Assembly (NCBI GenBank): GCA_031412915.1 | Contig: JANODX010000054.1 | Span: 13,126 to 77,125, forward strand | Length of the DNA: 64,000 nt | DNA from: Vicinamibacteria bacterium | GTDB lineage: Bacteria; Acidobacteriota; Vicinamibacteria; Fen-336; JAGNNV01 | Direction of reading: 5' to 3' | Shown here: positions 46,690-55,678 of the stretch, piece by piece | Layout: each line of letters begins with the position of its first letter | Position numbering within the stretch: the stretch's first letter is position 1 | The notes under the pieces: model-generated | What the model was told of the DNA's origin: nothing | Database searches by the model: none | What the model saw: the letters and a program-made list of their open reading frames with translations, nothing else | Translations under genes and position numbers: made by a program

Positions 46690-47076
46690 TTGATCACCTC
46701 GCTTCAACTGGCGTTCGGCATGACCCTCTTTGCGGCCGCGTCTTCGCTGATCGCCGTGGGTTTGACCTCCGACACGGCGGCGGAGACGGCGGTGCTTTTC
46801 TCGGCGCTTCTCGCAACCGTGAACGCTCTTCTCGCTTTGTGGCTCTCGCACATCGGGGCGACGCGGACCTCGACGAAGGCGTTCTTCGGCGCCGTCCTCG
46901 GAGGCATGCTGTTGCGAATGGGGACCACCCTCGCGGGATTTGTGATCGGCCTTAAGGTTCTCCTCCTTCCCGCGATGGCTTTCGCGGCCGCCCTTCTGAC
47001 GTACACCGGTTTGTTCATTGCCGCCGAAGTGACTTTGTGGTCACGGCAGAATTTTTCTCCACGGGTTCAATCGTGA
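46690..47076 (+). CDS. atpI: ATP synthase protein I-like (AtpI), 4-TM hydrophobic protein
   Basis: 128 aa, highly hydrophobic, positioned immediately 5' of atpB. Confidence 0.5.
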   Translation: MITSLQLAFGMTLFAAASSLIAVGLTSDTAAETAVLFSALLATVNALLALWLSHIGATRTSTKAFFGAVLGGMLLRMGTTLAGFVIGLKVLLLPAMAFAAALLTYTGLFIAAEVTLWSRQNFSPRVQS

Positions 47077-47972
47077 TGATCTTTGGCGCCTGGATTCTGG
47101 CGGTCGCCCTGGCCTCGTCTCCACAGCATGAGGCCGCGAAGGAAGTCTCGACCCCTTCACCCGCGGGCGCGACTTCGCCGAGCGACCACCCGCAGGAAAG
47201 CGGTGAGAGCCCGGCCCAAATCCTCATGCACCATGTCACGGACCAGGCCGAGTATCGTCCGTTCGGCCTGCCCATCGCCTTCCCGACCAAGCACATGTTC
47301 TTTCTTCTCGCGGTCATGGCCCTCGTCATCGGGGTCGCCCGAGTGGCCATCGCGAGTTACCGGAATGGCGCACCCAGAGGCGTGGGTTCGGTGGTCGAGA
47401 CGCTGGTCGCCTACGTCCGGGACGAAATCGCCGAGAAGAGCATCGGCCACGGGGAGGGGGCGAAGTACACCCCGCTGCTCCTGAGCTTCTTCTTCTTCAT
47501 TCTCTTCGCCGCCCTGTTCGGTCTGCTCCCTTTCAGCGCCACCTCGACCGGCAACCTCTCCGTCACCTTCGCCCTGGCCTTTATCTCGTTCGCGGCCCAG
47601 CAGTACGCGGGCATGTCGAAGTACGGTGTCGTCGGACACTTCAAGAACCTGGTGCCTCATGGGTTGCCCGGCCCGCTGTTGGTGGTGATGATCCCCATCG
47701 AATTTCTAGGCATGTTCACCAAGCCGTTCGCGCTCATGATCCGGCTCTTCGCCAATATGCTGGCCGGACACATGATGATCGCGGCCCTTCTGATGCTGGT
47801 GCCGCTGTGCTACCCGATTTCTCAGACCCTGGGCATCGTGATGATCCCCATTTCCCTGGGGATGGCGCTGTTCATCATGTGCCTCGAGGTGCTGGTGGCC
47901 TTTATTCAGGCCTACGTATTCACGCTCTTTTCCGCGATGTTCATCGGGATGTACGCTCATCCTTCACACTAG
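47037..47972 (+). CDS. atpB: F0F1 ATP synthase subunit a
   Basis: 'LMIRLFANMLAGHMMIAALLM' carries the essential Arg in the RLFxNM motif. 'FIQAYVFTLLSAMFIG'. The track start overlaps atpI by 40 nt and the true start is probably near 47076. Confidence 0.85.
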   Translation: MVTAEFFSTGSIVMIFGAWILAVALASSPQHEAAKEVSTPSPAGATSPSDHPQESGESPAQILMHHVTDQAEYRPFGLPIAFPTKHMFFLLAVMALVIGVARVAIASYRNGAPRGVGSVVETLVAYVRDEIAEKSIGHGEGAKYTPLLLSFFFFILFAALFGLLPFSATSTGNLSVTFALAFISFAAQQYAGMSKYGVVGHFKNLVPHGLPGPLLVVMIPIEFLGMFTKPFALMIRLFANMLAGHMMIAALLMLVPLCYPISQTLGIVMIPISLGMALFIMCLEVLVAFIQAYVFTLFSAMFIGMYAHPSH

Positions 47973-48020
47973 AATTCCCCCCGCCCCAAAAAACCACTTC
48001 TAAACAGGAGCAAATCGCAC

Positions 48021-48251
48021 ATGGACAACCCAGTAGGACTCGCGTATCTCGGCGCCGGACTCGGCAGTGGTCTCGCCATCATTGGTGGCGGGCTTGGAAT
48101 TGGAAAGCTTGCCGCCTCCGCGATGGAGGGCATCGCCCGTCAGCCCAGCGCCGCCGGTGAAGTTCGCGGGGCCATGATCGTAGCCGCCGGCTTGATCGAA
48201 GGCGCCACCCTGTTCGCGCTCGTCATCATGATTCTGCTCGTCATCAAGTAA
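48021..48251 (+). CDS. atpE: F0F1 ATP synthase subunit c (proteolipid), proton-type site
   Basis: 'GLGIGKLAASAMEGIARQPSAAGEVRGAMIVAAGLIEGATLFALVIMILLV' is a hairpin with the carboxylate Glu. No Ser/Thr pair after the Glu, so it is not Na+-type. 'aggag' RBS upstream. Confidence 0.9.
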   Translation: MDNPVGLAYLGAGLGSGLAIIGGGLGIGKLAASAMEGIARQPSAAGEVRGAMIVAAGLIEGATLFALVIMILLVIK

Positions 48252-48255
48252 GACC

Positions 48256-48789
48256 TTGTTCTCGAACTTGACGCCCCTCCTCTTCCTGAAGGGGGGATTG
48301 ACGGACATCGACTGGACGCTCTCGGTCTTTACCATCGTGGTGTTCGTTCTTTTCGTGCTTGTTCTTTCGAAGTTCGCCTGGGGACCTCTCCTGGCCGCGA
48401 TCGATGCGCGGGAAAAGTCGATACGGGAAGCCATCGAAGGATCCCAAAAGGCCAACGCCGAAGCCGCGGCTCTTCTCGCTCAGCACAAGGATCTGGTCCG
48501 CCAGGTCGGCGCGGAACGGGAAGAGATCATCACGAAAGCCGCGAAGGAAGCCGAAGTGTTCAGGGCGGACTTGATGGCCAAGGCACGCTCCGATGGCGAG
48601 GACATCGTGCGTCGTGCGAAGGAGCAGATCGCGCGCGAGACCACGGTTGCCCTGGCCAAGATTCGTGAAGAAGTGGCAGACCTCGCCGTTCTCGGCGCTT
48701 CGAAGATCGTGGCCTCGTCCATGACGCCCGAGGCGCAGAAGAAGCTGGTCACCGATTTCGTCAACACCCTTCCGAAGATCAAGAACTAG
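48256..48789 (+). CDS. atpF: F0F1 ATP synthase subunit b
   Basis: Single N-terminal TM ('WTLSVFTIVVFVLFVLVLSKFAWGPL') followed by a long charged helix rich in A/E/K/R. 177 aa. Confidence 0.75.
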   Translation: MFSNLTPLLFLKGGLTDIDWTLSVFTIVVFVLFVLVLSKFAWGPLLAAIDAREKSIREAIEGSQKANAEAAALLAQHKDLVRQVGAEREEIITKAAKEAEVFRADLMAKARSDGEDIVRRAKEQIARETTVALAKIREEVADLAVLGASKIVASSMTPEAQKKLVTDFVNTLPKIKN

Positions 48790-48792
48790 AGC

Positions 48793-49116
48793 ATGGCCAA
48801 GAGCGAAGTCGCCCAGATGTTCGAAGCGTTGCCCGCGATGTTCGTGAAGGGCAGCGTGAAGACACCCCGAACGTTCTACTTCTCGCTCGACGATGTGGAG
48901 AAGTGGACGGTGACGATCGGTCCGGACGCCTGCGCGGTCAAGGCCGGTAAGACCGACGAGGCGGATTGTTTCTTCAAGGCCACGTCGCAAATGTTTCTGG
49001 ACGTGTGGAGTGGAAAGAAGACTCCATCCGCCATGGACTTCATCTCGGGAGCGATCAAGAGCAACAATCCCATGATGCTGAAGGAGTTCATGGGGGCCTT
49101 TCAGCGAAAGGTCTAG
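48793..49116 (+). CDS. SCP2 sterol-binding-domain protein
   Basis: 107 aa. 'WTVTIGPDACAVKAGKTDEADCFFKATSQMFLDVWSGKKTPSAMDFISGAIKSNNPMMLKEFMGAF' is the SCP-2 fold consensus (..ADC.F....D.F.D...GK...M.AFM.GK.K..G.M). It starts 4 nt after the atpF stop. Confidence 0.65.
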   Translation: MAKSEVAQMFEALPAMFVKGSVKTPRTFYFSLDDVEKWTVTIGPDACAVKAGKTDEADCFFKATSQMFLDVWSGKKTPSAMDFISGAIKSNNPMMLKEFMGAFQRKV

Positions 49117-49853
49117 TGGAGGCCGGCGAAGGCCAGGAGTTCGGCCCCTAGGAGGGACAGGGCCACGCCCGCAAAGACGGACGCGGCCATCCTGGCCCCG
49201 CGGATGGAGTTGACCTCGGGGATGAGGTCGGAGGCGGCCACGTAGAGGGTCACTCCGGTGGATAACGGCAAGGCCACCCCCAGCCAGGCGGGATCGACCA
49301 GGGAGAGTGCCCCGAGCAGGGTGGCCGCGGCGAGGATCAGGGACGAGCGCAAGGCGCCGGAGCGACCCTGGCCGGAGGCGAGAGCGATCGAAGCCACCGT
49401 GAAACCCTCTGGAAGCTTGTGAAGCAGGATCGCGACGAAGACCAGAATGCCGAGCGACCGGGACACGGCGAGGCCGGAAGCGATGGAGAGGCCATCGAAG
49501 AAGGCATGCACGGAGAGACCCGCGAGAGCAGTCCACGGCGCGCCTGGCTTCTTCATGGCATGCGCGTGGGTCTCCTCGCCGAAGTGGAAGTGCGGGGCCA
49601 CCGTGTGCTCGAAGAAATGCACGAGAAAGTAGCCGGCCAGAATGAGAATCGGCCCGCGCTCGCTTTGCGCCACCGCGACCGGAAGCATGTGCACGAGGGA
49701 GGTGGCCAGCATGAAGCCGGCGCCCAAACCGACGAAATAGCGGAGAACGAGGTCATTCCAGTGGCGCCTCGAAACGAGAATGAGACCCCCGGCGACGTTC
49801 GCCAGGGCGGCGACGAGGCCGAGGAGCATGGGCGTTAGAGCGAAGCCGGTCAT
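49113..49853 (-). CDS. zupT: ZIP-family divalent metal transporter
   Basis: 'HKLPEGFTVASIAL' (HxxPEG in TM5), 'HAFFDGLSIA' and 8 TMs. 246 aa. Confidence 0.8.
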   Translation of the reverse strand: MTGFALTPMLLGLVAALANVAGGLILVSRRHWNDLVLRYFVGLGAGFMLATSLVHMLPVAVAQSERGPILILAGYFLVHFFEHTVAPHFHFGEETHAHAMKKPGAPWTALAGLSVHAFFDGLSIASGLAVSRSLGILVFVAILLHKLPEGFTVASIALASGQGRSGALRSSLILAAATLLGALSLVDPAWLGVALPLSTGVTLYVAASDLIPEVNSIRGARMAASVFAGVALSLLGAELLAFAGLH

Positions 49854-49886
49854 AGAAGATCCGGAAGAAGGGAGACCAGGGTCTTC

Positions 49887-51359
49887 CTACACGGCTTCGC
49901 GGAAACGTTCGACCAGGTGAACCAGGGTCTTCACCCCGAAACCCAGGGCGCCCGCTTCGTAGTACCGCCAGTCCCGGTCACGAAACATTGGACCGGCGAT
50001 ATCAAGATGGGCCCACGCCACACCCTCGGGCACGAACTCGCGGAGGAAGAGTGCGGCCGTGATGGCTCCGGCGAGCCCGCCGGTGGCGATATTGTTGATG
50101 TCCGCAAAAGGCGTCTTGAGCGAATCCCGATATTCCTCGATCAGCGGCAGTTCCCAGAACGCCTCGCCATGACTCTCGCCGGCCGCGATGACGCGCCGAA
50201 CCAGTTCGCGATTGGAGCCGAGGATGCCCGCGACCGAGGGCCCAAGGGCCCGAACCACGGCCCCCGTGAGGGTCGCAATGTCGATGACGTGGGTGGCCCC
50301 CTCTTCGCCCGCCCGAGCCAGACCGTCGGAGAGGACAAGCCGGCCTTCGGCGTCCGTGTTGTCGACCATCACACTCTTGCCGTTCTTGGCCACGAAGATA
50401 TCCCCGGGTCGGTTGGCGCTGTTCCCGGGCATGTTTTCGGCGCAACACAGAATGCCGATCACCCGAACGCCGGGCTGAAGCCTGGCGATGGTGCGCATGG
50501 TGGCGAGGACGGCGGCCGCTCCCGCCATGTCGCCCTTCATTTCCCACATCTTGTCCGCGGGCTTGATGGAGATTCCACCGGAGTCGAAGGTGAGCCCTTT
50601 GCCGACGAGCGCGATGGTCTCCGCCGAGCTCTGCCGGGGAATGTGACGGAGGATGACCATCCTTGGCGGGGTTACGCTCCCTGCCCCCACGTGGAGAAGC
50701 CCTCGATACCCCTTCGCCTTGAGCGCGGTCTCGTCAAGAACTTCGCACTGCAGGCCGCCCTCGAGGGCTATCTGTTGCGCCTGTTCCGCAAGGACCAGCG
50801 GGTTCACGACGTTGGCGGGCTCGTTGATGAGGTCGCGGGCGACGTTCACGTTCTCTGAAACCCACGCGTAGCGGGCTTTGCGCGCCTCCGCGTCGGCCCG
50901 GTGGTCGGGGTGCACGACGATCTCCAGGGCCAGCTTCTCCTTGAAGAAGACCTGCTTCTCCTGGCGGTGCCGATCGAACGCATAGGCGCCCAGTACGGCG
51001 CCCTCCACCGCTTTGCCGACCAGGGGTGCCGCGTCCTGGTGGTTCAGGAAGACGGCAACCCGGGGCAGGCCGAGATCCCGGGCCAGTCGCACCGCCCGGG
51101 CGACCACGGTCTTCACGGTTTCCCACGTATTCAGGCCACGGATCTGGCTGGAGGCGAAAACCGCGATGGTTCGAGCGCCCTCTTTTTGGATGAGTTCTCT
51201 CGAAAGAGAATGCGCGCGAAATCGGGTCGCCGCATCCTCCACGACGGCTGCGATCGCGGGATCGTCAACGGTGTGCATGTTCTCTTTCTCATCCACGAGA
51301 AAGACGAGAAGATCGGCCACCACCTTCGAGGCGGGGCCGGAGAAGAGTCCAATATTCAT
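49887..51359 (-). CDS. pepA: Leucyl aminopeptidase (M17)
   Basis: 'NTDAEGRLVLSDGLA' is the M17 signature NTDAEGRL. 'VGKGLTFDSGGISIKP'. Confidence 0.85.
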   Translation of the reverse strand: MNIGLFSGPASKVVADLLVFLVDEKENMHTVDDPAIAAVVEDAATRFRAHSLSRELIQKEGARTIAVFASSQIRGLNTWETVKTVVARAVRLARDLGLPRVAVFLNHQDAAPLVGKAVEGAVLGAYAFDRHRQEKQVFFKEKLALEIVVHPDHRADAEARKARYAWVSENVNVARDLINEPANVVNPLVLAEQAQQIALEGGLQCEVLDETALKAKGYRGLLHVGAGSVTPPRMVILRHIPRQSSAETIALVGKGLTFDSGGISIKPADKMWEMKGDMAGAAAVLATMRTIARLQPGVRVIGILCCAENMPGNSANRPGDIFVAKNGKSVMVDNTDAEGRLVLSDGLARAGEEGATHVIDIATLTGAVVRALGPSVAGILGSNRELVRRVIAAGESHGEAFWELPLIEEYRDSLKTPFADINNIATGGLAGAITAALFLREFVPEGVAWAHLDIAGPMFRDRDWRYYEAGALGFGVKTLVHLVERFREAV

Positions 51360-51392
51360 TCGTTCCTCAGGAGGACAGGGGAGAACCGGCGC

Positions 51393-52172
51393 TCATCGGG
51401 CGCTGGAGGTTGGATCGTAGCTCAGAAAATCGCTCTCGCCTCGGGAGTTGTCGGGGGAGCGCGGTCCTTTGGAGCCTCCTCTTCTTTTTCCTCGGCGAGC
51501 GAAGAGAAGAAGGACCGCCCCCACGATGCCCAGGGCGGCCAGAACCGCCAAAGCGAACAGACCGAGAGTCGTTCTAAGCACGCTCGTGGTGCCGAGGGTG
51601 GCGCCGAAGTCGATAGGAGCGCCGGCCATGCCGCCCCGCAGATCCTGACGCCAGGAAAGGATGTTCCCTCGCTCCACGCCCAAGGACGCGTTCCGGTGCT
51701 CGAAGATCTCGCTCGAAAGGTGAAAACGCACGGCCATGAGGCCGCTCTCGTCGCCCGACGCGGCCCCCGACCGCTGGGGTCGCCGCCAAACCCCGAAGAG
51801 ACGAAGTCGATCTCCTTCGCGCCGCACCGCCACCACAAGATCGGGAAAAGCCCGGGTGCCGACCAGAGCGTTGAGGTTGGGAAATGTGGCGGCGACCGTT
51901 ATATAGGTCCGGCCCTGGCGCCTCACCTTCCGGACGCGTGGATTCACGATCCCCGGGTCCTGGAACAGGGCGCCGACGGTCTGCTCGTTGACCGTGGCGT
52001 CCAGGTTCTTCGGGTCGCCGACGTTCTTGACCGTGTTCCAGATCCAGGGGGGCGCCGTCACCACGAAAGAGCCCGATCCGTCGGTGTTGATCCAGAACTC
52101 GTGCTCAAACTCGTAGGTCACGCAACCCCTGAAAGAGGCGGCGAGCAGGAGCACGGAAAGAAGACGGATCAA
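51393..52172 (-). CDS. Hypothetical protein with N-terminal signal/lipobox-like Cys and C-terminal TM anchor
   Basis: 'MIRLLSVLLLAASFRGC' then a soluble ~190-aa domain, then 'LGLFALAVLAALGIVGAVLLLFARRGKRRGG'. No family recognised. Confidence 0.4.
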   Translation of the reverse strand: MIRLLSVLLLAASFRGCVTYEFEHEFWINTDGSGSFVVTAPPWIWNTVKNVGDPKNLDATVNEQTVGALFQDPGIVNPRVRKVRRQGRTYITVAATFPNLNALVGTRAFPDLVVAVRREGDRLRLFGVWRRPQRSGAASGDESGLMAVRFHLSSEIFEHRNASLGVERGNILSWRQDLRGGMAGAPIDFGATLGTTSVLRTTLGLFALAVLAALGIVGAVLLLFARRGKRRGGSKGPRSPDNSRGESDFLSYDPTSSAR

Positions 52173-52184
52173 CTCGCAGCCAGT

Positions 52185-53261
52185 CTAACCATCGAGCGAA
52201 TCGGGGTTGGGGGGCTCAAACGAAAGGGCGAGAAGGCGAACCAGGTCCCGCGCAAGCGGAGACCTGGCAACACCGACCTCACAGACGACCGCGGAGACCA
52301 GGGCTGCGGGGGTGACGTCGAACGCAGGATTGAAAACGTCGACGCCTTGGGGAGCCAGACGAATTCCGCCGATCGTCAGGACTTCGTTCGGGTCCCGTTC
52401 CTCGATGGCCACGTCCGCCCCCGAAGGAGTGGCAAGATCGAAGGTTGAGCGAGGCGCCGCGACGAAAAAGGGAATTTTGTGCTCTCGGGCCAGGACGGCC
52501 AGGGAGTAGGTCCCGATCTTGTTCACCACGTCGCCGTTCGCGGTGATCCGATCCGCGCCCACCACCACGCAGTTGACCCCGCCTCGGGCCATGAGAAACC
52601 CCGCCATGGAGTCGGTGATCAAGGTGGTGGGAATCTGGTCGTTCACAAGCTCCCAGGCGGTGAGCCGAGCGCCCTGCAAGACGGGCCGGGTTTCGCCCGC
52701 GAATACTCTTTCGAGCTTTCCGCGCCGGTGCGCGGATCGAATGACGCCAAGCGCGGTGCCGTAGCCTGCGGTGGCGAGCGCTCCGGCGTTGCAGTGAGTG
52801 AGAACCCGCGCGGGCTCGGGGAGCAGGGCGGCCCCGAAATCACTCATCGCGTGACAGGCCGCCAGGTCGTCGCTCAGAAGTTTCCGGGCTCTGGCGAGAA
52901 GGGCGGCCACCAGAGCCTCGCCGGAAGCGGCGGGCAGTGAGTGTTGAACCCGGCGCATCTGGTCGAGCGCCCAGAAGAGGTTCACCGCGGTGGGCCGGCT
53001 TCCGGCCAGAACTCGGTCGGCATCCTCAAGAGCGTCCGCGAGGGAAGAGCCCGCCTCCAGGGCGTGCTGGCCGGCCAGGACCATGCCAAACGCGGCGGTC
53101 ACACCAATGGCGGGGGCCCCGCGAACCACGAGAGTCTTGATGGCCCGGGCGGTCTCCTCCGCGGACCGGCACACCACGTAGCGAACCTCGGATGGAAGAG
53201 CGCGTTGGTCGAGCAGGTGAAGGGCGCCTTCGGCGAAGCTCAGCGTGTGGACCGCCATCAC
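52185..53261 (-). CDS. mtnA: S-methyl-5-thioribose-1-phosphate isomerase (eIF-2B alpha/beta/delta family)
   Basis: 'LLDQRALP...IKTLVVRGAPAIGVTAAFG', 'VLTHCNAGALATAGYGTALGVIR' and 'ADRITANGDVVNKIGTYSLAVLA'. Confidence 0.8.
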   Translation of the reverse strand: MMAVHTLSFAEGALHLLDQRALPSEVRYVVCRSAEETARAIKTLVVRGAPAIGVTAAFGMVLAGQHALEAGSSLADALEDADRVLAGSRPTAVNLFWALDQMRRVQHSLPAASGEALVAALLARARKLLSDDLAACHAMSDFGAALLPEPARVLTHCNAGALATAGYGTALGVIRSAHRRGKLERVFAGETRPVLQGARLTAWELVNDQIPTTLITDSMAGFLMARGGVNCVVVGADRITANGDVVNKIGTYSLAVLAREHKIPFFVAAPRSTFDLATPSGADVAIEERDPNEVLTIGGIRLAPQGVDVFNPAFDVTPAALVSAVVCEVGVARSPLARDLVRLLALSFEPPNPDSLDG

Positions 53262-53986
53262 TGCACCCCTAGCTTTCTAACGTCGTTTTGCTGGGCGAAG
53301 CCGCGAGCCCCGGAGGCATCCTGGATCCTCAGGTAATCGCGTTCCTCGCCCAGAAGAGGCACCACTTCGCCTTCTCGCAAGCTGGCAAGAGCCACCGCAT
53401 CCTGACTCGGACGGTCGACCAGCGGCGCGTCCTTCTGCACCACGACGCCCCGCCTCTCCCCCAGGGAGGCCGCAAGAACGGGGGAAAGCAGAAGAACGCC
53501 GATGAGCAAGCTCACCAGAGAAAGGGATCGGCGAGGCTCTTTCCGAAACAAGGAGACTATGGACAGAAGGAACGCGGCAACCGCGAGCCAATCGAATCGG
53601 AGGCGAAGGGCGATCACTCGCGCGTCGCCCACCAGGCCAAGCGAGACTTCGGAAGGATCGAGTCCGAGTTCCGCACGCAGGCGTTCGAGTTCTCGACTGA
53701 TGCTCGAATCCGTGGGCGATAGCGCCTGGGCGCACAGAAGCGCCCAAAGGGCTTCGCCCTTCCTTCCCCTGGCCGAGGCGGCCTGCGCCCAGTTCCAGTA
53801 GACCGAAGGGGCTCGCACGCCGTTCTCGACCAGACGCGCATAGTCAGCACGGGCGTCGTCCCAGCGGCTACGCGCCGCGTTCTCGTTCGCACGCCTGAAT
53901 ACGGCGGAGGGGGCCTCGGCCTGGGCAAAGCCCAGGGAAGCCCATAGAAGAACGGTCAGAAGGAGTCCAAAAGAGCCCGGCTTCAT
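53258..53986 (-). CDS. BatE-like protein (signal peptide, TPR-like region, TM, C-terminal SH3b-like domain)
   Basis: Last gene of the Bat-type operon. C-terminus 'GVVVQKDAPLVDRPSQDAVALASLREGEVVPLLGEERDYLRIQDASGARGFAQQNDVRKL' is SH3b-like. Confidence 0.5.
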   Translation of the reverse strand: MKPGSFGLLLTVLLWASLGFAQAEAPSAVFRRANENAARSRWDDARADYARLVENGVRAPSVYWNWAQAASARGRKGEALWALLCAQALSPTDSSISRELERLRAELGLDPSEVSLGLVGDARVIALRLRFDWLAVAAFLLSIVSLFRKEPRRSLSLVSLLIGVLLLSPVLAASLGERRGVVVQKDAPLVDRPSQDAVALASLREGEVVPLLGEERDYLRIQDASGARGFAQQNDVRKLGVQ

Positions 53987-55677
53987 CGTCGCGTCTCCAG
54001 GATGGCCAGGCCGCGGTCGCGCACCTCCTTGAGCTTCGCGTCATAGCTGCCCAGCTGAGGCGCAAAGCGCAGAAACTCCAGATCTTCAGCCAGGCTTCGC
54101 AAGAGGTCTCCGGTGTCGTCGCTGGGCCATCCTGCTCTCGGTCCAAAGACGGTTTCGAGCGCCCCCGCAATCCGGGCCGCCGATCGTTCCTTGGTTCCCT
54201 TCAGCAGGCTCTCGTCCCGGAGCTCCCGCAGCGCCGCGTCAACCGCGGACTTGTTTCGTAAAGCGGCCGGGCGGACCGCGGCGCGACGACGCCACATGTA
54301 ACCCTGGGCAAAAAGCGACACCAGGGCCAAGACCGAAGCCACTGAAGACACATCGCGACTGGCGTGGTCGAGATCGGCGCGAAGGGCTACCGGGGCGATC
54401 GAGCTCTTCGGCGCGTCCGACGAAGTCGACGCCGTGCCTGCAGAGACCAGAATCGGAATCGCCTCCGTTCTGGCCGTTCGCGCGGTCTGGCTTTCGGGTT
54501 CGAAGTAGGGAAAGGAAATCTCGGGTATTTCGTAGGCTCCAACCCTTTCCGGAACGATCACGAACTCCCACGTTTTGCTGCCTTCGACTCCCTTCCTTGT
54601 GGTCTTGAGGTCGGATACGGCGCGGGGCGGAAACACGCGGGCTCCGGCGATATCGAGGCTGGGGGCCGCGTCGATCCATTTCAGATTGCCTCGGCCCTTC
54701 ACCTTGAACCGGAAGGTGAGGGCATCACCCAGAACAAGACTCGTTCGGTCGGCCAGGCCCTCCACTTCGTAGTTCCCCACGGCGCCGCCTTCGGGCGCAC
54801 CCCCCGGGAGAGGGTCCACCTTGACCTTGAGAATCTTCGTGGTGCGCTCGATCGGCGCGGCCACACCGAATACGCCTCCGGCCGGGACGAGACGAAGCCG
54901 GGCCTCTGGAATTTCGAGAAGCCCGGGTTTGGTGGGAAAGAGGAGTCGCTCGAGAACGGGGTAGCGCAGGAACGGTTCACCTTGAACCGAGACGTTCTCG
55001 CCGGAAGAGTCGTTGCCGGAACGATCGATCTCCTCGGCCCAGAACCCGGGGTACTTGGGAGCTTCGGCAAACTCCACGCCCGAAAGCGAAACCTGGGTGT
55101 AGACGAGGTACGTCACCAGAATGGGTTCACCCACCCGAGCCGCGGGACGCGACAAAGTGGCTTCGACAAAGAGTCTTCCTTCCGTGGGAGGGGGTCGCCT
55201 CTGGGGCCGGCCAAAGATCTCTTCAAAGGGATCGCGACCTCCAAAGGGGTCTCGCCCAAAAGGATCCTGGGGCGGCGCGGGGCGGATCGACCCGGAAACG
55301 ACTTCGATGGCGATGGGGGCGGTCGGCGAATACCCGGGCACGGAAACCGCGCCCACCTCGGCGGCTCCGGTCTTCTCTGCCCGCAGAACGAAGGAGAGGA
55401 TCTTCTGCCGCGACATCGAGCCGTTGACGAACGAGATCTGGGTCGACACCGAGGGGCCGGCGAGAATTTTCAGGTTCTTGAGGGGGGGAAGGGCCGCATC
55501 GAGGCTGGCCGCTTCACCGTCGAGGACGATGGAGACAGTCGTGGTGTCGTCGATGCCGATCTTTCGGGCATCGATCTCGGTGCGGACCGACCCGCCTTGG
55601 GCCAGGGCCATCGAGGCCAGGAGCCCAAGAAGGACGGCCAGCGGCGTCCCCCGACGCGGAGCGCCTTTCAACACCAT
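53983..55677 (-). CDS. batD: BatD-like protein (oxygen-tolerance operon protein D)
   Basis: 564 aa. N-terminal signal. Beta-rich extracytoplasmic domain. TM near the C-terminus ('VSSVASVLALVSLFAQGYMW'). Position between batB/C and batE. Confidence 0.6.
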   Translation of the reverse strand: MVLKGAPRRGTPLAVLLGLLASMALAQGGSVRTEIDARKIGIDDTTTVSIVLDGEAASLDAALPPLKNLKILAGPSVSTQISFVNGSMSRQKILSFVLRAEKTGAAEVGAVSVPGYSPTAPIAIEVVSGSIRPAPPQDPFGRDPFGGRDPFEEIFGRPQRRPPPTEGRLFVEATLSRPAARVGEPILVTYLVYTQVSLSGVEFAEAPKYPGFWAEEIDRSGNDSSGENVSVQGEPFLRYPVLERLLFPTKPGLLEIPEARLRLVPAGGVFGVAAPIERTTKILKVKVDPLPGGAPEGGAVGNYEVEGLADRTSLVLGDALTFRFKVKGRGNLKWIDAAPSLDIAGARVFPPRAVSDLKTTRKGVEGSKTWEFVIVPERVGAYEIPEISFPYFEPESQTARTARTEAIPILVSAGTASTSSDAPKSSIAPVALRADLDHASRDVSSVASVLALVSLFAQGYMWRRRAAVRPAALRNKSAVDAALRELRDESLLKGTKERSAARIAGALETVFGPRAGWPSDDTGDLLRSLAEDLEFLRFAPQLGSYDAKLKEVRDRGLAILETRR

Positions 55678-55678
55678 C

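Noticed and set aside
48244-49536. 430-aa minus-strand ORF across atpF, SCP2 and zupT
   Set aside because: Alternate or antisense frame. The atpF and SCP2 calls on the plus strand and zupT on the minus strand explain the region.
50901-52448. 515-aa plus-strand ORF across pepA and the hypothetical gene
   Set aside because: Antisense to pepA, which carries the NTDAEGRL signature. No motifs.
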